DNA of 57,339 bases, filler included, from Basidiobolus ranarum (lineage: Eukaryota): the NCBI GenBank assembly GCA_040143965.1. It is 2 parts of 2 records of this genome, joined end to end, with 100 filler letters (N's around TTAATTAATTAA, not from the genome) between each part and the next. Parts side by side here need not be neighbours in the genome. Positions count along the whole stretch, not along the records: positions 28,765 to 57,339 come from JASJQH010000113.1; 1 more part is not named here. One strand, written 5' to 3'. Positions 40,032 through 50,369 of the stretch are shown here, in pieces (within the stretch, counting starts at the first letter, position 1; each line of letters opens with the position of its first letter). The notes beneath the pieces were generated by a model that did not search any database, was not told the DNA's origin, and was given only the letters and a program-made list of their open reading frames with translations. Made by a program: the position numbers and the translations under genes.

Positions 40032-41570
40032 TTACATGGTTTGGGTAAATATGAAATTAAAGATGTTTTGAGACCGCTTGGGAATGAACCTTACTTTGTA
40101 TTCCAGTGGATAATTAGCTAAGCCACGAGTCATATCTTCATCCCGTAATAAATCTCCCACAGGTGTTTTTGAGCACTCTACAACATTAAACGCCCAAATG
40201 ATTCCAGCAACCGCTACCCAAACTTGTTGATCCGCGAAATGAGACCCTGCACAGATACGCCTGCCAGCTCCAAATGCGTGATGATCCCAGTCTTCTAAAA
40301 TTTTACTTTCATCGCCTTCTTTGTTCAAAAAGCGTTCAGGCAGGAATTTTTCTGGAGATGCAAACCTCTCTGGATCAAAATGGATAGCGTGGGAATTAAG
40401 GATAATGAGGGTGTTTTGGGGGATGACATACTGCTCATATACATCGTCTTCTGTACTTGCATGAGGAATGCCTAGAAAACTGGGCGTACGAAATCGAAAA
40501 AGCTCTTTTAAGAAAGCATTCAAGTACACCAGATTCTTGGAATCTTCTTGGTAATTGGGAGGTCTACTTGACCCAACTATCTGCTCCATTTCAAGTTGGA
40601 GTTTCTCCTGAACCCGAGGAATCCTAGCTAAAATCAATGTAGCCCAAGTAAGAAAGCATGCGGAGCTGTCGAAGCCACCACGAAGTAAACTATCACATAG
40701 ATAGATGATATCCATATCATCTAGACCGTCTTTTTCTGCATGCTTTTGAATGGTTTCCAGTACAGTCTCCGGGCGATTGGGGCTTTCGAGGTGCCCGTTC
40801 AAAGCCCCTATGTTCTGGATTTCACGTACGATTTGCTCTCGTTTCTCTCTTATGTCATATCCCTTTTTGAAGATTGGGTTGTTCGGAAATTTGTTGAGAA
40901 ATGGAAAGTAAGAAAGGAAGCTAGCGCCTACATTATTGATCCCATGAAGGTCATCGGTGGCCTGGACAAACTCCTTCATGATATATTCTTCAGAGGGCCG
41001 TAAACTACGACCAACCAATAAGGCCACAACTGAGTTAAAAGAAAACTTCTTCATTATGTCTTCTGGATAAAAACCATCATCGGCACTTTTATCGGATGCT
41101 TCTACCAAGTCGAGCAACAGATTGTTCGTCTGTAGATCCAATACAGGTAGATAGCTCTGCACTGCGCTTGAGTTAAACGCTCTATATATGGCTTTACGCA
41201 TTTTTCTCCATTGATTTCCATATGGTAACACTGACACTCCTTTGTCAGCACGAAAGCATACTTCATTAATCAGATATGATTGGTTACGTGAAGAATATTT
41301 GGAGCCCCTTTTGACAAATATCTCCTTTACCGACTTTGTATCGTTTACGACTACGCAGAGTCTGACACCTAACCTTATACTGAACACTGGGCCATACTTG
41401 CGTGCCCACTTGGTAAGTGTCAAATGCGGCAGACGACCTAGCTGAAAGAAGTTTCCTACTAATGGAAGCCCCAATGGTCCCGGCGGTAAATACTTGCGCG
41501 AGTAAGATACATGGTAGAAAAGTTTCAATAAATACATCAAGATCACTGCAGAGATTAAGATCCCAATCAT
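40032..41570 (-). CDS. Cytochrome P450, intronless
   Basis: TM anchor from ATG 41570, PPGPLGLPLVGN, WRKMR, ELFR (ExxR), PERF, heme motif FGAGRRICAG. Confidence 0.95.
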   Translation of the reverse strand: MIGILISAVILMYLLKLFYHVSYSRKYLPPGPLGLPLVGNFFQLGRLPHLTLTKWARKYGPVFSIRLGVRLCVVVNDTKSVKEIFVKRGSKYSSRNQSYLINEVCFRADKGVSVLPYGNQWRKMRKAIYRAFNSSAVQSYLPVLDLQTNNLLLDLVEASDKSADDGFYPEDIMKKFSFNSVVALLVGRSLRPSEEYIMKEFVQATDDLHGINNVGASFLSYFPFLNKFPNNPIFKKGYDIREKREQIVREIQNIGALNGHLESPNRPETVLETIQKHAEKDGLDDMDIIYLCDSLLRGGFDSSACFLTWATLILARIPRVQEKLQLEMEQIVGSSRPPNYQEDSKNLVYLNAFLKELFRFRTPSFLGIPHASTEDDVYEQYVIPQNTLIILNSHAIHFDPERFASPEKFLPERFLNKEGDESKILEDWDHHAFGAGRRICAGSHFADQQVWVAVAGIIWAFNVVECSKTPVGDLLRDEDMTRGLANYPLEYKVRFIPKRSQNIFNFIFTQTM

Positions 41571-42032
41571 ATTGTCTATTGCTATTAGGATTTGAGTCGT
41601 GTAAATAGAACAATTGCAATGGAGTGGCAATCCTAGTGAAGCCTTTGATAGATAGCTTCTTCTATCTTGCCTTATATTTATAGGGAATCTATCGGACACT
41701 TATAGAAACACTTTCACTCACGCTACGGTCGTACGAGACGAGTTTCAACTAAAACTCTCCTAAAATCTTATCGTTCCAAGCAGGGAAGATTCCTGCAATC
41801 CTACGATGTTCTGTCACATCATATCCGAAACAAATCATACTTGATGGACGTGGCTTTAAGGATTTTAACTGAATCAAAACAAGGCTGTATGAATATTAGC
41901 ATTAGTAAAGGGTTGAGTAGTGCATTTTCCAAAGAGTGGTTTATTATCCATAATTCTACATACAAAAGTGGAGATTCAGTGAACAGCAAAGATTTCTTCT
42001 AAATAACTAGATTTTCTTCTACTCGCATTCGT

Positions 42033-43514
42033 CTAATCGATACGATGATGTCTAATAGGAATATCCCGATGAAGGTCATATAATTCATATTCCGCATTCT
42101 CCTCGGATTTCTCGACGGATTCTCCTACTAGATTGTCTCTTCCTTCAGATGTGTTGGGAGTATCATTGCTCCTTTGAGGATAACCACGGAGAATTTGATA
42201 GAGTATCACTGCTGAGATGGTAGATACTCCGATTCCATCTAAAGCAATAGGACCAAATGTAACTTTGAGATCACCAGTCATGCCAGTCCCTAAGAGAACG
42301 GAGATACCTGCGGTAAGGAGGTTTCGTGGGTTGGTGAAATCGATTTTGTTCTCAATCCAAATACGTCCACCACTAACTGCAATCAATCCAAATAGTATAA
42401 TACTTAATCCACCAAAAACCCCCGCTGGAATTGTATTGATGATGGCACCAAACTTGGGTAGAAATCCAATAATCAATGCAACTGTAGCGGCCGTAACAAA
42501 TACCAATGTTGAAAAGATCTTTGTAACTGCCATAACACCTATGTTCTCTGCATAGGTAGTAACTCCGAGAGATCCTAAACTACCGGCAATGATTGTAGCC
42601 AGAGCATCCCCCATAAACGCCCTTCCGATATACTGCTCAATGTTTCGGCCGGTCATAGCGGAGACTGCCTTGATGTGACCAATATTTTCAGCCACAAGAA
42701 TAATAACCACTGGCGTGATCAAGCTTATAGAATGACTGTCAAACTTGGGAGTATGAAAAAGTGGCAAACCTATCCACTTTGCATTACCAACACCAGTATA
42801 ATCGATTTTGGTTCCAGCACCAGCATAACCACAAATCAAATTGATTACATAGCCAACAATGGCACCCAGAAGAATAGGTACACGTCGGGTAAATCCTGGC
42901 CCATAAACAGAAAAGAATGAAACGGCAAGAACAGTTGAAAATGCCATCCAGGCGTCAAAAGAGTTGGCTGCTGCTTGGTTTACAGCAGTTCCTGCCAAGT
43001 TCAATCCGATTGCCATCACCACTGCTCCAGTGACTACTGGAGGCATCAGATATTCGACCCAACGATGTCCAACCAAAAGCACGATAATCGCAATGGCTGC
43101 ATAGACTGCTCCAGCAATAATGATTCCACCCTGGGCGAGGGGTATATTCTCATTAAGTCCAGCCCCAGGGCTATATTTGTATCCAGTAGCAGCCGTAACC
43201 GTACCAATAAAGGCAAAGGAACTACCAAGGTATGAAGGGACACGACCACCAGTAATAATGAAAAACAATATGGTTCCAATACCTGAGCAAAATATCGCGG
43301 TGTTCGAATCAAAACCACACACCAAAGGAGCAAACACCGTACTTCCAAACATAGCTAACACATGCTGTAAGCCGAGTACGATGAGCTCTATCCAAGGTGG
43401 ACGCTCATCAGGACCTATTTGACCTCCTTTGACGAGTGTGAATTTTGGGAAATAAGAGCTCAACCTAGATCTCGAGCTGTTATTTATAGAGACTCCTTCA
43501 ATTTTACTGCTCAT
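42033..43514 (-). CDS. NCS2/NAT uracil-pyrimidine permease, bacterial RutG/UraA-like, intronless
   Basis: QHVLAMFG, PSYLGSSFAF, PPVVTGAVVMAIGL, AENIGH, TTYAENIGVMAVTK (UraA/RutG-type NAT motif). Confidence 0.93.
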   Translation of the reverse strand: MSSKIEGVSINNSSRSRLSSYFPKFTLVKGGQIGPDERPPWIELIVLGLQHVLAMFGSTVFAPLVCGFDSNTAIFCSGIGTILFFIITGGRVPSYLGSSFAFIGTVTAATGYKYSPGAGLNENIPLAQGGIIIAGAVYAAIAIIVLLVGHRWVEYLMPPVVTGAVVMAIGLNLAGTAVNQAAANSFDAWMAFSTVLAVSFFSVYGPGFTRRVPILLGAIVGYVINLICGYAGAGTKIDYTGVGNAKWIGLPLFHTPKFDSHSISLITPVVIILVAENIGHIKAVSAMTGRNIEQYIGRAFMGDALATIIAGSLGSLGVTTYAENIGVMAVTKIFSTLVFVTAATVALIIGFLPKFGAIINTIPAGVFGGLSIILFGLIAVSGGRIWIENKIDFTNPRNLLTAGISVLLGTGMTGDLKVTFGPIALDGIGVSTISAVILYQILRGYPQRSNDTPNTSEGRDNLVGESVEKSEENAEYELYDLHRDIPIRHHRID

Positions 43515-44112
43515 GGTGGAAAACGAGAAGGCTGGATATAGCAGAGAGTGTAGTGTTCAGTTGCACCACTTAACACAAGATTACATTATCCTTGTTTGTC
43601 AATACTATATCCTAGAGAAGTAAAAAAAATCTTGCCTTTACTATATAAGGAGATCCCCTTTTGTAACACCAGTGAGTAACCAGATCTGCACCCTGTTAAC
43701 ATTCGGTGAATATCAAATATCGATTTTCTTTAAATCGTTTAAAAGAGACCAATTGGGAGGCTGCAACATTCAGCCAATCTCAATCATATTTCAAAGTCAT
43801 TCATTTCCAGAAATATATGTTATCTATAGACTGTGAAACAAAGTATAGGTAAGGGGCAACAGGATTTGGAATTTTGGAGGGAAATGTTGACTATTTCTCC
43901 GGCGTTTGCTTAGTGTTGGTAACATATGTTAGGATGACCCCTGGTAAAGGTGAATCCATTTAACTCAGGGAATGTTGGATTTCAGTTGTCATAGTTAACA
44001 CGAACCATTGAAGATACCATTTATCCAGCACGATGGAGGAATGAGTGAGTGAAAAAGTACGACGAAAGGAAAAATCAACCGAGAGTAGCATTGCATTTTT
44101 TCTTCACATTCA

Positions 44113-44832
44113 TCATTTCTTTAGAAGAACCCAGAATTTCTCACTTGGTGTGATCTTGGAAACGCCAATTCCTGCCAAACCAAAGCCTTCAATCTCTTTC
44201 AGTTGAAGTATTTTGTGCACTACCCTTTTGGAATCATCTCGAAACCGAAATAGTTCGTGAGCTAACTGCTCATGATTTTGAAAGCCTCCAATCTCATTCA
44301 ATAAAGTCTCTGCTACTAAAGGTGCACTTTCTATGGCATGTGTAAGTTTAGACAACGGTAAAAATTGAACCAATTCCTTATTGAAGTGGAATTCATGGTC
44401 ACTACCACTTACTACAATAACCAAGATCGCTTGTGTGGTTTTAGAAGACATATACCACGTACTTTCCTCTCTTTTTTCAATTTCTTTTTCCAATTCCTCC
44501 AAGCCAAAAAAACGTGCCTCATCGCGTAAAGCTTCAATCGAAACCGTCTGTCCGTCAACTGGTGTCGCCAACTCAAGTCGAAGTTGTCGTGTACGAAGAT
44601 AATGCAAAATTACCCGAAACAAAACTGGGTCTCGATCTATAAACGGGATCTCTTCTACCAATTCAGTAGTCTCAGTCTCTTCTCTTGAGTTGGACTGGTT
44701 TCTAAAAACCGGTGACCATTCTGGTGAGAACATAGTACATAACATGGATTCTGGTACCGAGCGCAGAGTAGTCAGGGAAGTGGTGAAATGTTGGCCACCA
44801 ACGTTTAATACTATCTTGGAAGAGTAGCCCAT
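44113..44832 (-). CDS. KCTD-type BTB/POZ (T1) domain protein, intronless
   Basis: LNVGGQHFTTSLTTL..PESML..MFS, FIDRDPVLFRVILHYLR, EARFFGL. Confidence 0.9.
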   Translation of the reverse strand: MGYSSKIVLNVGGQHFTTSLTTLRSVPESMLCTMFSPEWSPVFRNQSNSREETETTELVEEIPFIDRDPVLFRVILHYLRTRQLRLELATPVDGQTVSIEALRDEARFFGLEELEKEIEKREESTWYMSSKTTQAILVIVVSGSDHEFHFNKELVQFLPLSKLTHAIESAPLVAETLLNEIGGFQNHEQLAHELFRFRDDSKRVVHKILQLKEIEGFGLAGIGVSKITPSEKFWVLLKK

Positions 44833-45400
44833 ACTTTGGAAATTCCCTTCACTTGTACTCACTTCTAAATCACTAGAGATTGATCGAATGAAGAACAAGA
44901 ATTAAATTCTATGCCAGTTGATCACTCGATATCAATAAATACTAAATGATAATGGACTGGTGACTGGTTGAGGAAAAGGTACCATTGTTTACGTAGTCTG
45001 TTGCATGTGATTAACCTGACCTTGACCCTAACCCATTATTTGACTTGTAAATGGATTTACGTCACATTGAAAAGTAATCCTTGCTTCGATCCCTTGTAAT
45101 CTTTCGAAATATCGACTATTGCTTTGCTTGTGGTTTTAAGTTAAAAGCACACCATTAGTGCGAATGTAGCTGTGAGTGTATAATCCGCGACCTTGTGAGA
45201 TTTGAACGAAAAGTAAAGATCCGATCAAGCCACGATCCAAGTAGATGGATCATGATTTTATCTCCAGTAGTAACATAACTAAGCATATAATCTCCAATGT
45301 CTTCAAACAAGCCCCCTGCTTTTTTAGTGGACTATTTCTCTGAATTCTTGAAGAGTTTCAATATGATATTTAGTGGCTGTTCATCCTCCTCTATCCGTCA

Positions 45401-47501
45401 ATGCAATTATTCGTAAATTTACGTAAGGAAACTTTTCTCAAAGTTGCAGCCAAATTACCTCAACGATGTATCAGTCACGACCGAAATTTCAGCAGAAACC
45501 CCTTGTACCAGTTCCAACGCTCTATTTTCACTCGCACTTTAAAGTCAACCAAAACTTTACCTACCAAAGTTCCTTTAGAACTCCGACCGATAGTTGCTTT
45601 AGGTAGTACATCTTCAGAAATAAACCCCCGAACGTTGTGAAAACACAGTACTGACCATCTTGTAGGCCAAGATAAACAGCACATGGAACATTATTTAGAA
45701 AGAACTAAAAAACTGGAAGCTCGGATTCCCACAGCAATCAAACAGCCCTCGAGCGATACTAGCGGGTATGATGCCCACTAAAATAGATACACTAATTTGG
45801 AATTCTGGTTTTCTTTTCCCTAAACATTTTGTAACTCGATATCATTCTAGGGGAAGCTATAAACTTCATTGGACAGAAACCCCTCGAACAGTGTTGATTG
45901 TTAAGAAACCTAACGATCAAGGAACAGAAAAGGCATTGATAGATATGGTGAAGTAAGAAATTCTAAAGCCTATTTCTTTTCGTAAACCAAACTAGCGCAT
46001 CTATTCTCAGCTCAGTTATTATTTTTTACATTCAAGTTGGCTTCACGAGAACTACCCAAAGATGAATATTGTATTGGAGCCGAGTGTGGCGGATTTCATG
46101 CAACGTCAATTTCCGTTTGTTTATGTGATACCTGAAGGTACTTCTTGAAATTCAGATGATCCACAACCTTGACTTTATTGACATTTTGAAAACTCAAGGC
46201 TACATTCACGAATACTCCAGAGCCGTAGATTTTATAGTTACTTTAGGTGGAGATGGAACTATTCTTCATACATCTTCTTTATTTGAAGGCCCTGTTCCCC
46301 CGATCCTATCATTCTCCATGGGCACTCTTGGATTTCTCATTCGTTTCAGTATCCTTCTTTCTTTACTACATAGGAATCAGATAACGCTCAGTATATATTA
46401 TATCCCTTAATCTCCTCATATTAGATATCAAGGACTACCAAAAAGCGTTGGATCAAATGATTGCTGGAGATGTCAGCATGTTACTTCGTATGAGACTGCT
46501 ATGTTCTGTGCATTCATCCAATGGGGAGAGGATAGTGTGGAATGGCGTGAAAACTGGTAGGTACATGCGCATTTGATGAGACATATAAAATATTCATGAA
46601 AGGCATTTAGGTGATTACTTGGCAATGAATGAGGTCAATATTCACAGAGGAAGATACCCGCATTTAGCACAGATTGAGATTAATGTGAATGGTCAGCATC
46701 TAACGCACGGAGTGGTAAGCATTTACTGTCTCAACGAGTCTTTCTTCTTGCCCTACTAATGCTTTTCTACATTGATTTCTTTCCTTTAGTCTGATGGGTA
46801 GGTCACTGATCATTGCTTTAAACAAAGCTCTGTCTGATGCATTATATGATTTTAGAATACTTGTGGCTACGCCTACAGGCTCAACAGCTTATTCACTCTC
46901 TGCAGGTAGTCCTTTTCTTGACCTGATCCCAAATCCGTGAAATTTATCGAGTATCATTGCTAGGTGGTCCTATCGTCCATCCTTCGGTAAAAAGTATTTT
47001 GTTGACGCCAATCTGCCCCCGCTCCCTTTCTTTCCGACCAGTTTTGCTTCCCACCGACACCTCATTAAAGCTTAAAGTAAGAATTTTCTGCTTGATTATT
47101 ATCTATTACCAAGTATCCGTTCGAGTTGCTAAGTAATCATATCAAGCTTTCAGACTCTTGTCGGGGAAATTCCGATATCACTGTAGATGGTCGAGAAATT
47201 TGTATGATGCCCAAAGGTGGTTACCTGAACGTAAGTCAAGCCATTAGAAAGCCAGCTTTAAGAATTCCTGACCCAATATCTGGTTCTGTAGGTTTGCATG
47301 TCCCCGTATCCTGTTCCATGTGTAAACCGGTTAGGGGAAGCTAGCGATTGGGTTCGAGATATCAACGAACTGTTAAAATGGAATCAGAATTTCGGACAAA
47401 AGAGTAGTCTTTTACAAAATGACGAAACAGAATCGGAAAAATTCGAGGAACCATCCCTCGGATTTCATTATACCATAGAAGGGTCTAAGCGACTTCAATG
47501 A
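45401..47501 (+). CDS. POS5: NAD(H) kinase, probably mitochondrial POS5-like; many exons
   Basis: Basic N-terminal extension; [63 protein letters not shown]. Confidence 0.85.
46349..46424 (+). other. U12-type GT-AG intron
   Basis: 5' GTATCCTTC, branch-like TCCCTTAAT close to the AG; frame restored (F-N-I-K-D-Y). Confidence 0.85.
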
Positions 47502-47971
47502 GTTAAACTCTCGAATTAACATGTACATTTCTTCACAGCTTCCTTACATTTTTGGAGAATGTAACAAGGATATTTCTTCGAGATTAGCATAGAAGTTCTT
47601 GACAAATCGTTTCTTTCCAATTTGTCCAAAATTCTCAAGAGTGATTGGGTGACTTAGTCTGTATCTACCCATTCTATAATAAAGAAGATGTAAGCAAAGT
47701 CTACCTTGTAACCATCGGAGTTTCTCTGACCTTATGGAATTGAGCATTAGACAATATTGATCGCAGCAAATTCCCACCTGATTACATCGATAGTGATACT
47801 GGGCTATATATATTAAGCATTCTTCGCTTAGGAAATGGCTTAGAATTGGGGGGATAGGAATGGGGGTAGCGCCACACACGTGGTATTCTGAGGTTTTTTA
47901 CTCGTTATATGTTTATCCTAATATCCTTGGGTACGTGGTCAACTCTTCTTTGACTTTAAAGAACAAATAAT

Positions 47972-48701
47972 ATGAGTACTCCGAAGTGGATCGATGTTAC
48001 TACTGAAAATCTATATTCGTTAGATCATTTCGTTATCCCTTCTCACTATGAACAAGAGATTGAAAGTATCCTAATTCCGCATGGTATCATTATGGATAGA
48101 GTTGAAAAGCTAGCCAAATTAATTGCTGCTGATATTCCTGATGTTGAGGAGCCTAGCCTAGGTAAGGTTCGATTTTCTCAGTAATAGGTTCTACTTCCTC
48201 AAGGTTAAACCTCAATCTTTTTCTATAGTTGTTTGTTGTGTGTTGAAAGGTGGACACCAATTCTTTGCTGACTTGATTAATCAGATTAAAAAATTACAAA
48301 CCGCTAGTGGCAAGTCTATCAAGCTCAGTCTGGAGTTTTTAAAGGTTAAGAGTTATCATAACGAACAGTCCACCGGGGAAGTAAGCTTTTCTTTGACCAA
48401 AAACGAACTCATGTATTACAAGGGGAAGAACATACTGATTGTGGAAGATATTATTGATACTGGACGTACCATGCAGAAAATTCTGGAGAAATTATCCGAA
48501 TACGAGCCTGCTTCGGTTAAAGTCACCTCTCTCTTAATCAAGAAAACGCCACTATCTAATGGGTATATTCCAGACTATGTTGGCTTCGCTATTCCGGATG
48601 CCTTTGTAGTAGGTTATGCGTTAGATTACAATGAACATTTCCGTGACCTTGACCATATAGCTGTGATCAGTGAACATGGGAAAGAGGCCTACGCCCTATA
48701 A
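47972..48701 (+). CDS. HPRT1: Hypoxanthine-guanine phosphoribosyltransferase, 2 exons (intron 48162-48228)
   Basis: VLKGGHQFFADL, KSY loop, LIVEDIIDTGRT, FVVGYALDYNEHFRDL. Confidence 0.95.
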
Positions 48702-48918
48702 ATCGGAGGTTTGCAATGCAAAGTAGGAAAATGAGAGCAGAGAGGATATACTGTCTATTTATGGATCAAGCGAAAGATCTAACAATAAATAATAATCAGC
48801 ATATATAAAGCAAGTTGAAAGAAGAACTGTTTGTTGGAAATGAAATTTTTATATATATATTTGTTCTAATGAGAGTATATATTATTATCTAATCTGAGTT
48901 TAACAAGGAGGTGAGTGC

Positions 48919-50369
48919 TTATTTCTGCTTGCGCTTGACTCGGCCATTCTTTCGAAGCTCATTTTTGGCTATTTGCTGATCCCAACTCTTCTTGTATTTG
49001 CGATATAGCAGCATAGTGACCTGGGCATCAGTGACCTGTTAAAAAAATAGTATTAGTGGATGGTCTGCACAGTTGATGCCAGATGCATGCTATATGCTAC
49101 TTACAGATGAATGCTTTCCTTCCTGGATTTTGATGTTGAAGATCTGTTGGGCAAGTTTCTTAAGACCTGGTGTTTTTCCTTTGCTGAATTTGCGATAAAC
49201 GTGATAAACGGAGGTATCGCGAATCAAGTGCTTTGGATGATCAAGGATCAATGCCTATAACTTATCGATGAATAAAGATACAAATGTAGATGAATGTTTT
49301 ACTCGAGACTTACTTTAAGATCGTTATGAATACTGTGTCCAACAATAACTTTGTCTTTAATCAGGTCGTGAACCTCTTTCTGAGCGGCCTTGAATTCATG
49401 GGCTAACATATAAGAATGTTGGAGGTTAGCGCCGTTTTCTACATTTACAAATTCTTCTTTGCTTACCTTCTTTAAGATGATATGGCGTGATTCCACTAAC
49501 ATGAGTTCTGAAATCGGTAACTCTCTCTTGCGGTTTAACATACCTATCGAGCAGAACATGCCCATAGAAGTTGACAATACTGACACGAGCCAAAGCTGAC
49601 TCGACTCCTTCTTCACCAACTCCCACCATCTCACAATCCATAGCAAGATACTTTCCACCTCTGACAGAAAGAAAACCAGGGTTAATGTTGAATGGAAAAG
49701 TGGAAAAGAAGTTGTATCCTTAGCTACTGACTTTTCTTTTTTATCACTACTCATATGGGAGTCGTCTAACAAACGAAGAATCTTCTGATCGGTTGATTCA
49801 CCAGGAATATCGACGACCTCACCAAGTCCATCCTCAACAGCGTTGGCAATTCTCTGCTCGGTTCCTGATACCTCGGAAGCGTTGGCTTTATCCATAGTCC
49901 TGTCAAGTAAACAAACGTGTCAGAATGTTGGTTTGCAGTTTGTAGTAACCACTAAAAGTACAGTGGGTCAAATAAAAGATAAAACTATAGCATACTCTGA
50001 GACTTGTGCGGCAATAGCTAAAGACATGCTTTTCTCGTCTAAATGTACGACTGGTGCATCTTTTTTTACTTTCTTTACAGTCTTTTTTACCACAGTACTC
50101 TTGGCTTTTCTTTTGGTTTTGATAGTTGCGGACTCTCCTGTAGATTCATTTTCAATTTGCTAAGTATGGTGGGTACACAATTAAAGAAGGAAGTGTTAAG
50201 TAAAAAGGCATTTCAAGGGAACATTAATAAACGCACAATCGATAAAATATTCAATAGTATTGAAACTTTAGGAGAAAATACGCGTAAATTGAGAGAGTAT
50301 TTAAAGTTTAATCTTTACCGCTTGAAGCTTTCTCCAATTCGAAGAAGGTACTCTTACTCTACTAGTCAT
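48919..50369 (-). CDS. REX4: RNA exonuclease 4 (DEDDh), multi-exon
   Basis: SSNW N-terminus, [39 protein letters not shown]. Confidence 0.93.

Noticed and set aside
41571-41699. N-terminal extensions in the ORF track (P450; also 14082-14186 and 44833-44898)
   Set aside because: They begin at GTG/TTG codons; the eukaryotic starts are the downstream ATGs.
47921-47964. ATATCCTT upstream of HPRT as a 5'UTR AT-AC intron
   Set aside because: Would be only ~44 nt with a weak branch site, and there is no coding constraint to test it.
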